Of a stretch of 62,731 bases of DNA, positions 48,445 through 57,755 are shown piece after piece; position 1 is the first letter of the stretch, and each line of letters starts with the position of its first letter. A model generated the notes under the pieces. It was not told where the DNA came from, ran no database searches, and saw only the letters and a program-made list of their open reading frames with translations. A program made the position numbers and the translations under genes. The stretch is from a virus (taxonomy: Duplodnaviria > Caudoviricetes). The DNA is taken from positions 1 through 62,731 of the IMG/VR virus record IMGVR_UViG_3300007513_000035; one strand, written 5' to 3'.

Positions 48445-51400
48445 TTAAAACAAACCTGTTAAATTTGTCGTCTGTGTCTGGTATCCAGCCCCATAAGAAG
48501 TATGAAACTCAAACATTGACAAGTTTGATTCTATCGAAGATGCCCCTGCGCCTGCGGAAATTGCGCTTCCCATCGACGAAAGTCCTGCACGACTTGTCAT
48601 TGTCTCATATGATATTCCATAAGATAACTGGGTAGTCGATAAAGATGACTCTGGTGTGTAAGCGGCAATCTGAGAGCTTATATCCATTCCCGCGAGCCCG
48701 GAGGACAAGCCAGTGTTAAAGATTTCAGAATCTACCCCAGATATAGAATCTATTCCAGAAGAAAATGCTGCCCCTATCTGGGTTTCAAACCCTCTCAGCA
48801 TTGTGTCTGTGCTTATAGTTTCACCAATACTAGACTCGACCAGCGACCCTGGCTGGAACAGACCAGTGCCGGTGGTGAAGTCTTCAAGCTCTTTCGTTCT
48901 AAAAGAATCTGTGACATCAAGATTTTCAAGTGCCTGGTTTTGGATCTCCTTTATCATATCTGACGGAGACATGTCGATCAAGCCACCTGTAATATCATCT
49001 AGCATTTTGTCAAGCATTTCCTTCATATCTACCTGATTATTTAAAAAAGTCTCTGTTTCTTCTGCAATGCTTCCGTAAAACTTGGGACAAACAACTGATC
49101 TATCAAACATCTCCTGCACTTCGTCAGATTTGTAAGCGCTATTATCAAGCATAGGCTGTATTTTCTCTATCATGTCTCCTACCTGAGATTTAAGCAAGTC
49201 TGGATCCTGCGCATAAATTTCCCCTATTGCATCCGGTGGCATCATTTCTATGGGAGTTGTTTCGATAGTCCCTGAATCTTCCCCAAGCATCCCGCCGTCC
49301 AATGATTCTTCAAGTGAAGCATCTCCGGTGTCACTGTCATCCGTGTAATCATATTCTTCATCTGGGGCATACTGGACAGGTTGATAAAGCTCAACTGTAA
49401 CAAAATAATCATTATACGAGGCATTAAGTCCAGAATTATATGAAAAAATAGGTGCTGTTGCTTGCTCAGCTGAAAAATCAACCCAATACGGATTAGCATC
49501 TATTACTCCTCCCCCGGATGTGGCACTGCTGGTCTTGGATCCACCTGTGCTTGAACTATCATCAGAAAGCTGATATTCTTCAAAGGAATCTTCGTCAATT
49601 AGTACATTAAAGACTCTATCAAATGACATGGCATTAACAACTCTATCCCTATAGTTTTCTCTAGCAAAAGGATAGGATATCTCGCATAGCTTTCTAAGAT
49701 AGTCAATATCTTTAGCGCTTCTAGCGTCCCCTACTTTCTGCCTAGAAGAGAGGAAATCTACAAAACCACTGTAAATATCAGATGTCAACGGATCTGGGAA
49801 GCTATCAAATCCCTTATTTTTAAACTGAAAAACATGCTCATTCACGTCAATATCAGAAACTAATTTTAGATAATTTCTTAGACCGTAGTTTACCAAATGA
49901 TTGGTAATTAAAGCTTTTATCATCTCTTCAGACTGGGCTGTCCCCCCAACCCCTTCTATAGACTCATTGTGACCCATGTCAGTGACACCTGAACCCGCTC
50001 CGTCGTCAGTTTCAATAAATGCCCACGGATACACAGACTTGGCGTGGGTACTGAGAGCAAGATCGCTTCCTAGTTTAATAAGTGCTCCTGTCCCAGGCTC
50101 CAGGTTCAAAGATCCGTCTTCATGTATAATACTAAGCTTAGAAAAAGCCACTCTTTTGGATATTTCCAGCAAGCCTGATGTGGGAACAGACCTTCCGATT
50201 TCATTCTGAAACGGTAGGATAAATAACCCAGGATCAAATAGGAAAGTCTTGGGCTTATAGGCTGAAAAGTCTTTTTGAAGATTTCTCTTATATACTTTTA
50301 CCTTGACAAGAGAATATCTTGAAAGAATCGCAGAGCCCCCTAGACCAAACATACTTTCAGCATTGGTGCCGTCTTCCAGGTGTCCTGTAAAATATTCTTT
50401 TCCAAACTCTGAAATACCATTAAAATCAAGCTGCAATCTTAATTCTTCGATAATTTTAGCTGGAAGGCCAATTGTAAGTATTTTTCGCTTCTTGCCAGGA
50501 GCTCCGAGAAAAGGAGACTGTTGAAGGATTCTTTTTGTGATCATACAATCTCCTGGGCTAAGCAGCTTTCCTCCCGGAAAGAGAGTATTGTAATCTCCTG
50601 AATTACTTAAAGAATAATACATTGCTGACATTGTCTGAATCTGCTCGGGAGATAGCAGGGAGAGAGTATGGTTTGATGTATCTCTTCTAATTGATTGAAA
50701 CAGCGCTCTTGCTGCTGTGTTAGTAAGTGTTACATCAACATCCACGCCCATTTGTGGATAGCTTGATATATACCCGGCTAAAAGACCGGCAGCTTGATTG
50801 AGCTTTTCTCGAGCTGCATCAAAGGAGTAGCCAACCACTCTCAAAACTCTAGCGATATTGCTAATCGCTGTGTCTTGATTCATAAGATTTCCCATTATGT
50901 CGAATATACTTCTCCTGATGGTTTCAGAATACTCAGCGGTTATTTCAGACTCTCCTCCGATCGGCGGATCTGATGAAACCATCCCGCCCCCGGTGTAGGT
51001 GGGAATCGACGAGATTGCAGAGACCAGGCTGTCTATGTGGGAAGTAAAAACATCTATCCTAATTCTATTTAAAAAATATGTAGTAGTATGCTCTTGACCC
51101 AGGAATCCATATCCATCGACACCGTACGGTAGCTGTGTCTCTCTTTCATATCCTGTGTTAGCAATTTTAACTGGCATATATTCATTGATTATTTCTTTAC
51201 ATATCTCTGTGGCAATCATAGCCTGATGAATGTGTCTAAACTGAAATGTACTTTGTTGAAGAACTGAGGTATAAGATGTGGTTCCCGCCTGGGCAAGTCC
51301 ATGAGTTTCATCAATAAAATTATCAACTGCTGTGCATATTCTACCAAATAGACACTCATTATCGTTGAGAGCCAGCATTAATGCCATTCCCCATCCGCTC

Positions 51401-53619
51401 GTGAGACCCTCTCCGACTGTAGACCCCTGAGTAATAGTTGGAAATGTTTCTATAGTTCCCGTATATTCTTTATATTTTTCGTATGTGTTGATAATAAAGG
51501 AAGTAAAAGTGCTATCTGAATCAATCAGGCCTGTGCTAGAATATCCAGGAACATTTATCTCTGTGGAGAGTAATGTAGCTTTATTGTGAACAACGTTGGC
51601 CAGATCCACCATGGAATCTATTAGATCCCGATCCCTAGCACCGACTTCACTAATATAGTCAAGAACATTGTCATGATAAAATCTATATTGGGATGAGCTG
51701 GGATCAGATGCACTAGACGGTACTGATCCAATCTCATCTACGGGTGCCGATGATATCGGCGACAGAGTGGGATAGCTGTATCCGACAGGGGAGGCATGAT
51801 GCATCTTATAGTTCATCATAAATCTGGCAAGTCTATACCCTACATCAGGATCATCAGCCATAGATAAAATGGCAAGCTGTGCAGCATCTAATCCAGTTGT
51901 GGGTCTTTCTTCAAAATATGACGAAAGTTCAGAAAGTAAAGATTTTAAAAAAACTAGATTTGTCGTAGGGGTATCATCCGGAGACCCATAAAGAAGCCTA
52001 TTCACTCCCCACGGGATACTTGCTGTATAGTTTCTAACGCCAGTAGAAAAATAATGAAAAGGACTAACCATTGAAGCCAAAAAAGATTCCATTGTAGCAG
52101 ACGATCCAGAATCCTCATGGGCATCAGAAATATTTTTAGTAAAAAAAGATAATCCTGACTGGTATCTTTTCTCGGGAGATATCTTATCGGTTGATTCAAA
52201 TGGTAGAACTGTTGAAGCGTCGCCGGTATGGGACGATCTGGTAGATTTTAAAACAGACACTGCGCTGGCGCCGGTTTTTCCAGAATATTCAAAACAATCT
52301 CCCGAAGGAGATCCGATTGCCCTTGATAAAATATTTTTTATTGAACCCTCCATTCCCCTGGGAATCTCAGATACAGTTGGATCTCCTGCTGATACAAACT
52401 GTGCCATTTCTTCATTTTCAGGAAAACTAGAAGTATCGTAGCCACCAACACTAAAAATAGTAGTTCCCGGGATAGCTTCCCTGTGAGTAGATAGATTGCT
52501 CTTAAAGACAGAATCTCTGTTGACAAAATGTGATAAAAGAGATATTCTTTTAACTGAGTTGGTAGGAAGGGAAGAGATAAAATCCATATAATCTTGAAAC
52601 GAATAATCCTCGGGATTTCCGCCATAATATGAAAAATTCTCAGCAGTTGCTATATTTACTATTTTTTCTAAAGATAATCTTATTGGAAGAAAAGCTTTTG
52701 ATATACTTGTATCAACAAGAAAGGGATCCCGACTAGACAAGGCTGCAGTTCTCCCGAGCTGTACACTTGGCTGATCAAGTAAAGACGGATCAGCGTTTTG
52801 AATTATAGAACTTAAATCTTGAAGAAGCTGGTTGTATACTTTTGTATTTGAAAATGTTGAAAAAATATCGGAATCAAAATACAGATAATCTCTAAAAAAA
52901 TCAGACATCGATATTCCGGGAAGTATTGTTCTTAAAAGAGACTCCTGAACTGAATATTCAATCGGGAGAAAATAACCAGAGTGTGCTTCTACTTCTGTGG
53001 TATCTGTTCGCGCTACTCCCCCGGGTATAGTGTATGACTTTAAATCCTGGGCCATCTCAATTGCAGATATAGCTTGATACATAACATTATAGTATTTTAT
53101 AACGTTAGCTGCCACGTCCTGTTGTGTTGTATCATACATTCTTTCAAGCGAAAGAGTTGTGCTGCCCTCATTTTGAGAAATAAACTCAGACATCTCATTT
53201 TTAAAAGCTTCCATTTTAAGGTTCATAGACTGAACCTGTAAATCTGCGAGCTCGGCAGTTACAGTAGGTAATATAGCAGCAGAACTTAGGGCTTTCTTTA
53301 CATCGTCAGCTTTTTGAGCTCTCAGTCTGCCGCTTTGCTGAGCCGATTCTAAGCCGCTGGGGTCATCTGTGTATAAAGGTAAAAAATCAAAGCAAGATAT
53401 TATCTCAGGTTTCTGGCTGTTGATTCCAACCTCAGCGTGTGCAGACTCCTCAGTGCTGTAAGAAAAAGCTTCTTTCATCATGCCAGAAGTATTTCGCTTA
53501 GAATAATCTGCCGCTGATGTAATGTCAGCAACTTTTGCAGTGCTTCCAGCAGTGCTGGACGCTTTTTTTGCTTGAACTGAAAGCTGGGCGGATCCGCCTT
53601 TTGATATCTTGAATGGCAT
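48445..53619 (-). CDS. Very large orphan protein (1724 aa), probably virion-associated
   Basis: Intact long ORF in the structural region; ATAATTAT motif at 53646-53653; acidic Ser/Gly-rich C-terminus. Confidence 0.7.
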   Translation of the reverse strand: MPFKISKGGSAQLSVQAKKASSTAGSTAKVADITSAADYSKRNTSGMMKEAFSYSTEESAHAEVGINSQKPEIISCFDFLPLYTDDPSGLESAQQSGRLRAQKADDVKKALSSAAILPTVTAELADLQVQSMNLKMEAFKNEMSEFISQNEGSTTLSLERMYDTTQQDVAANVIKYYNVMYQAISAIEMAQDLKSYTIPGGVARTDTTEVEAHSGYFLPIEYSVQESLLRTILPGISMSDFFRDYLYFDSDIFSTFSNTKVYNQLLQDLSSIIQNADPSLLDQPSVQLGRTAALSSRDPFLVDTSISKAFLPIRLSLEKIVNIATAENFSYYGGNPEDYSFQDYMDFISSLPTNSVKRISLLSHFVNRDSVFKSNLSTHREAIPGTTIFSVGGYDTSSFPENEEMAQFVSAGDPTVSEIPRGMEGSIKNILSRAIGSPSGDCFEYSGKTGASAVSVLKSTRSSHTGDASTVLPFESTDKISPEKRYQSGLSFFTKNISDAHEDSGSSATMESFLASMVSPFHYFSTGVRNYTASIPWGVNRLLYGSPDDTPTTNLVFLKSLLSELSSYFEERPTTGLDAAQLAILSMADDPDVGYRLARFMMNYKMHHASPVGYSYPTLSPISSAPVDEIGSVPSSASDPSSSQYRFYHDNVLDYISEVGARDRDLIDSMVDLANVVHNKATLLSTEINVPGYSSTGLIDSDSTFTSFIINTYEKYKEYTGTIETFPTITQGSTVGEGLTSGWGMALMLALNDNECLFGRICTAVDNFIDETHGLAQAGTTSYTSVLQQSTFQFRHIHQAMIATEICKEIINEYMPVKIANTGYERETQLPYGVDGYGFLGQEHTTTYFLNRIRIDVFTSHIDSLVSAISSIPTYTGGGMVSSDPPIGGESEITAEYSETIRRSIFDIMGNLMNQDTAISNIARVLRVVGYSFDAAREKLNQAAGLLAGYISSYPQMGVDVDVTLTNTAARALFQSIRRDTSNHTLSLLSPEQIQTMSAMYYSLSNSGDYNTLFPGGKLLSPGDCMITKRILQQSPFLGAPGKKRKILTIGLPAKIIEELRLQLDFNGISEFGKEYFTGHLEDGTNAESMFGLGGSAILSRYSLVKVKVYKRNLQKDFSAYKPKTFLFDPGLFILPFQNEIGRSVPTSGLLEISKRVAFSKLSIIHEDGSLNLEPGTGALIKLGSDLALSTHAKSVYPWAFIETDDGAGSGVTDMGHNESIEGVGGTAQSEEMIKALITNHLVNYGLRNYLKLVSDIDVNEHVFQFKNKGFDSFPDPLTSDIYSGFVDFLSSRQKVGDARSAKDIDYLRKLCEISYPFARENYRDRVVNAMSFDRVFNVLIDEDSFEEYQLSDDSSSTGGSKTSSATSGGGVIDANPYWVDFSAEQATAPIFSYNSGLNASYNDYFVTVELYQPVQYAPDEEYDYTDDSDTGDASLEESLDGGMLGEDSGTIETTPIEMMPPDAIGEIYAQDPDLLKSQVGDMIEKIQPMLDNSAYKSDEVQEMFDRSVVCPKFYGSIAEETETFLNNQVDMKEMLDKMLDDITGGLIDMSPSDMIKEIQNQALENLDVTDSFRTKELEDFTTGTGLFQPGSLVESSIGETISTDTMLRGFETQIGAAFSSGIDSISGVDSEIFNTGLSSGLAGMDISSQIAAYTPESSLSTTQLSYGISYETMTSRAGLSSMGSAISAGAGASSIESNLSMFEFHTSYGAGYQTQTTNLTGLF

Positions 53620-53660
53620 CTTATTTCTCTATGTCTTTTCTTTCTATAATTATCACTAAA

Positions 53661-56600
53661 TTAAATTTCCGGGTATTGATATGATCCAGCGTTAGAAGTT
53701 GAAAGAGCATTGGGCAAATCTTTTGAAACAGACACGGCATGCAAATCCTCAGGATAGATCGTAATAGATCCTGCAGAAAAAGCAGTCCCTTTCTTGTAGT
53801 TAATATCCACAGGAATTATTGAATAGGAGACAGTTCCCGGTCTCGATCTTGAAAAGGGGTCTACTATAGAATATTTCCCCTTGCTTGGATTGTTATGTGC
53901 TGATAAAGAAACACTTGAGTTACCATATCTTGTCTCCTGTATTAGAAAATGATCTATATTTTTATTATCTCTGACAGACCATTCAATAATAACGTTCCCG
54001 TCAGACCTTGCTCGACACGATGCTTTTGTAACTGTAGGTATACTATTATCAGAAAGGTCTACAGTAACAGTCGAATACAGGCCGGTTCTTCCTGTTTCGA
54101 TTTCTTGTGCTGTGGAGGGCTTGGGGGTAACCAGGGTTCCAGCCTCTAGGCCCCGTCCGATCGTTCTTGGATTAAAAAACTTATCTGGTCGATTTGGATT
54201 TTTTGGATCAGGGGTTAGCCCAGTATTTGCATCATTTGTAAAAGTTAAGTCGTTTTTGTTTCTTTCCTTCATCAAATTTATCTCTGACGCCGCCTTTCTC
54301 AATGTTGTCCTATCAGAGGATCTCCCTTGATCTTCTCTAAACATAGCATTATCGATAATGGTTCCTATATCTCCTGAAACAGCTTCAATTATATATCGAT
54401 ATTTTTTACCTATTTGCGGAGGTGATATATTAGTTCCTATATCTCCCCTATCAATAAAAACATCAGAATCTTCGTCTCCGGTACCCCCTGAAGGGAAAAA
54501 TCCCAAATATGCGGTACCTCCTGTTGTCTCATCTAGTCTTGTAATTAAAACCCCTGTTATCTGATTGGCCTTTTGAATTAAGTCTGGAATCATGTCGATC
54601 TTCTCCTTAGAGGCTCCAGACGAACTTATTATTTTTGAAATAAAAACATCCTGATCTGTAGAAATCTTTGTTGATATCGGTATTGCAACATTAGAATACG
54701 ACGGAGAGGCTCCTCTTAAAGATGTGGGATTCTTTACTGATAAAGAAATGTCCCCAGAAGACAAAATATATTCTAAAATAGTAGAAGTTGGATTTATTGC
54801 TGTTATTCCGCCAAAAGACATCGACGATAGTGTATATTCATATGTGTGCCCGTCCTGAACTGAGCCGTCAATGAAAGTTACTGAATCCCCAGTATTCACA
54901 AACTGATGCTGATCTGTAAACGAGACGGGTGTAAAATCACTTTCAAATAGAGATAAATTTCTTCTCAATAGCTGTAAAGACTGAGAGCCTCCTCTTATAT
55001 TTGTTGCAGTTACCTCCACCCTTCTCTTTGAATTTATTATTGCATACAAAGACGCAGAGAAAGAATGGGGGCGCAAAACTTTTCCAAACGCATCTTCTGG
55101 CTGAGAAACTGTAGATCCAAAATTGGAAGATTTTCTATTTTTTGTCTTAGCTATTGCCCTGTAAATAATAGGAGAACTTGTTTCAGCAGAATGATCAATA
55201 AAAAATGACCCCTCAGACGAAGATATGCTGATATCAGTTATTTTTTCCCAAGGGTTTTCTTTTGAATATTGAAAATCTCTAGTTACATACCTAGCGTACA
55301 CCTCTATTCCATCAGCCTTTTTATCAACTTGTTTTATTTCTAAAGTAACAATACCTCCCGGTCGAGAAGAAGAGGTGATCATAGGAGGCTCAACAGGAAT
55401 GTCTTGCTCAGTCAATATTGTTCTCATGGGTATTTCAAAATCATAATCCTGGACAACTTTTCCCCCTATTGTATATACAGAAATATTTCCATATACTGTA
55501 TTATAAGATGAAACATATGCGCTATTGATAGGGATCATCTGAGAAACAGTTGCATATGTTGCAGCTTCCTGTGATGCTACGGGAAAAGTGTGACCAATAG
55601 GAATGTCATTATAGTCTATTATTTCTGAATTTGTAATAAGGTTAAACGCATTCTTTATGGCAATCTGGCTATTAGATAATTTGATCTGCTTTTTGCTTGA
55701 GCTCTTTATGTTTTCTTCGGCTCTGGATGAATTTTTTATTCCCACGGTAGAATTAATTCCCGTGTCGACGACAGGTAAAATTAAGGCTGATTTTGCAGGA
55801 TCTATCCTGTCGATGGAAATAGAGTTATAGCAAGCGTCTTCATATAAAATTTTTCCAATATCAGATCCTTTATTTATATTTCTAGTAGAAAATTTATCTG
55901 TAGAAAGAGTAGAAGATCCCTGCGCGGCTATCATGGATATCGGGTCGTTAATATCTGGAACACTATTATAATATCCAAGATCTAAGAAAATATTTTTACT
56001 TTGATCACCCAGTGCAGAGCGATTATAATCGCCCTCAGCTGAATATGGGTATCCTCCATTATTTGTCAAAGACTCTAAGTCTAAATCAGGATTATTTTTC
56101 CTCGAATTGTTTGTAAATAAAACTCTCGCTGAGGATCCGTCAGTTCTAATAGAGACTGAAGGTAGTTTTTTAGATTTTTTCTGAACGCTTTGATTTCCAG
56201 ATTTTATCATTTTTATATTTTCTCTGGCACCGTATGAAACCTTTGCGCTACTTATTCCCGCATATCCGGGAGACCCCGCCTTTTCATCTGCTTTTCTGTC
56301 TATAAATTTTTGAATATTTTCTTTTTTTCCAGACCGACTGTAAAAAGGGTCGAGAAGATTGTAGGAGATATTTAAATTTTTATTACCAGAAAAGCTTACG
56401 CCTGACATTTTCTTTCCATACGCGCTTGTCTTTGTGTTAGAATTAGCCGCTCTAATATTTGCATTCAGAGATTGTATATCCCTGGCTGTCTGCCTGGTGG
56501 GAGAAAATTTTATTTTTGGAGATGACACTGAAAATTTCACGTCTGATAATGTTAAAATAATATCAGAGATCCCTACTGGGGGTGCACCCGCTTGATCAAC

Positions 56601-56726
56601 CCTGTAGGTTATGTTTAAAACATGCGACTTTCCTCCCGTAGTTTTTCCAGGAAGTGAGCCAGCGTGAGAAACACTAACCGATTTAATGTAAGAGACCAGC
56701 TTTTTCTTATTTTTAAATATCATCAA
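53661..56726 (-). CDS. Large virion protein with FN3/Ig-like repeats
   Basis: TFIDGSVQDGHTYEYTL, GKKYRYIIEA, VIIEWSV...VSYSIIPV; ATGA overlap with the upstream gene. Confidence 0.55.
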   Translation of the reverse strand: MMIFKNKKKLVSYIKSVSVSHAGSLPGKTTGGKSHVLNITYRVDQAGAPPVGISDIILTLSDVKFSVSSPKIKFSPTRQTARDIQSLNANIRAANSNTKTSAYGKKMSGVSFSGNKNLNISYNLLDPFYSRSGKKENIQKFIDRKADEKAGSPGYAGISSAKVSYGARENIKMIKSGNQSVQKKSKKLPSVSIRTDGSSARVLFTNNSRKNNPDLDLESLTNNGGYPYSAEGDYNRSALGDQSKNIFLDLGYYNSVPDINDPISMIAAQGSSTLSTDKFSTRNINKGSDIGKILYEDACYNSISIDRIDPAKSALILPVVDTGINSTVGIKNSSRAEENIKSSSKKQIKLSNSQIAIKNAFNLITNSEIIDYNDIPIGHTFPVASQEAATYATVSQMIPINSAYVSSYNTVYGNISVYTIGGKVVQDYDFEIPMRTILTEQDIPVEPPMITSSSRPGGIVTLEIKQVDKKADGIEVYARYVTRDFQYSKENPWEKITDISISSSEGSFFIDHSAETSSPIIYRAIAKTKNRKSSNFGSTVSQPEDAFGKVLRPHSFSASLYAIINSKRRVEVTATNIRGGSQSLQLLRRNLSLFESDFTPVSFTDQHQFVNTGDSVTFIDGSVQDGHTYEYTLSSMSFGGITAINPTSTILEYILSSGDISLSVKNPTSLRGASPSYSNVAIPISTKISTDQDVFISKIISSSGASKEKIDMIPDLIQKANQITGVLITRLDETTGGTAYLGFFPSGGTGDEDSDVFIDRGDIGTNISPPQIGKKYRYIIEAVSGDIGTIIDNAMFREDQGRSSDRTTLRKAASEINLMKERNKNDLTFTNDANTGLTPDPKNPNRPDKFFNPRTIGRGLEAGTLVTPKPSTAQEIETGRTGLYSTVTVDLSDNSIPTVTKASCRARSDGNVIIEWSVRDNKNIDHFLIQETRYGNSSVSLSAHNNPSKGKYSIVDPFSRSRPGTVSYSIIPVDINYKKGTAFSAGSITIYPEDLHAVSVSKDLPNALSTSNAGSYQYPEI

Positions 56727-57733
56727 TCTATAATTATTGTAAAAATATTAACAAACGTAGGTATTCCTGACTTTGTTAAAAATATCTTTCCGGCAAAGAA
56801 AATATTTTGAGTAGATTTCTTAAGATTAGTTCTAAATTGTCCAAAATTTATAACATCTAGTTTTTTAAGTGTACTCTGTTCACCATTCGATTCAAATATC
56901 TGAATTACCAGGTTATTATCCTCAGATGTGTTATCAAATTCCAAAATACTGACGGGTTTTGACTCTCCGTTCTTTTTAACTGTCTTTCCAAGAGTTTTTG
57001 TAGCTTTTCCTGTAAGCTCTTCAATGATGTCGGAAAATTTCATATTTGGAAATTGTCTTAGATCTTTAAATTCTCCCATCAAGGTGGCCACTGGTTTTCC
57101 CCTGCTTGTTTTTGAAGGGAGGGACTTGTTAATCGGGGGTAAAAATGCAAAATTAACAACATGTCCCAATCTCTTGTCTAGAAAAAGGGGCTCTATTTCA
57201 TCAACGTATGCAGATGTTTTATCTGTAGCTTTGATGGGAGTAAATTGACTAATATTAAAATTAATCTTTTCTCTTGTAAGTCGAAACTCCTCATCATCTT
57301 TGTCCTCCAGATCATCTCCGATCAGATCTAGTTTGTTAAAATTTTCAAGAGTTCCGCTTAGTAAATCTCTTGACAAAGAAGAAAATTCTGAAGATCCTGA
57401 TATCAAGATATTCTCACCCTTGCCTGAGCCAGAGAGAACCTTTGTATAAAGAGCATCACCGTTTAAAGTTAAAGGGCCGCCATCATATCTAACAAGCTGA
57501 CCGGAATCATCAGATTCTAAAACTATTATATCTCTTTTTTGACTAAATGCTTCGAAATACACGCGATCAGATGCATCAGATGACCCGCTGGCAGAATCAA
57601 ACTCATAAAAAGACCTCCCGTCAGAAAAAGAAATAAATCTTGGGATAAGATTCCCAGCAGCAATTTGACGCTTTCCCTCTGAGGTTATGACTATGTCTAA
57701 AACTCTTGATTTGCTATCTAAAATTCCTGCCAT
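56723..57733 (-). CDS. Virion structural protein, N-terminus paralogous to 45504-46244
   Basis: MAGILDSKSRVLDIVITSEGKRQIA versus MGGLLDHSTNTIILDAVLTTQGRASLA; leaderless after ATAATTAC (57738-57745). Confidence 0.6.
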   Translation of the reverse strand: MAGILDSKSRVLDIVITSEGKRQIAAGNLIPRFISFSDGRSFYEFDSASGSSDASDRVYFEAFSQKRDIIVLESDDSGQLVRYDGGPLTLNGDALYTKVLSGSGKGENILISGSSEFSSLSRDLLSGTLENFNKLDLIGDDLEDKDDEEFRLTREKINFNISQFTPIKATDKTSAYVDEIEPLFLDKRLGHVVNFAFLPPINKSLPSKTSRGKPVATLMGEFKDLRQFPNMKFSDIIEELTGKATKTLGKTVKKNGESKPVSILEFDNTSEDNNLVIQIFESNGEQSTLKKLDVINFGQFRTNLKKSTQNIFFAGKIFLTKSGIPTFVNIFTIIID

Positions 57734-57755
57734 GTTAGTAATTATCTCTCTTGCG

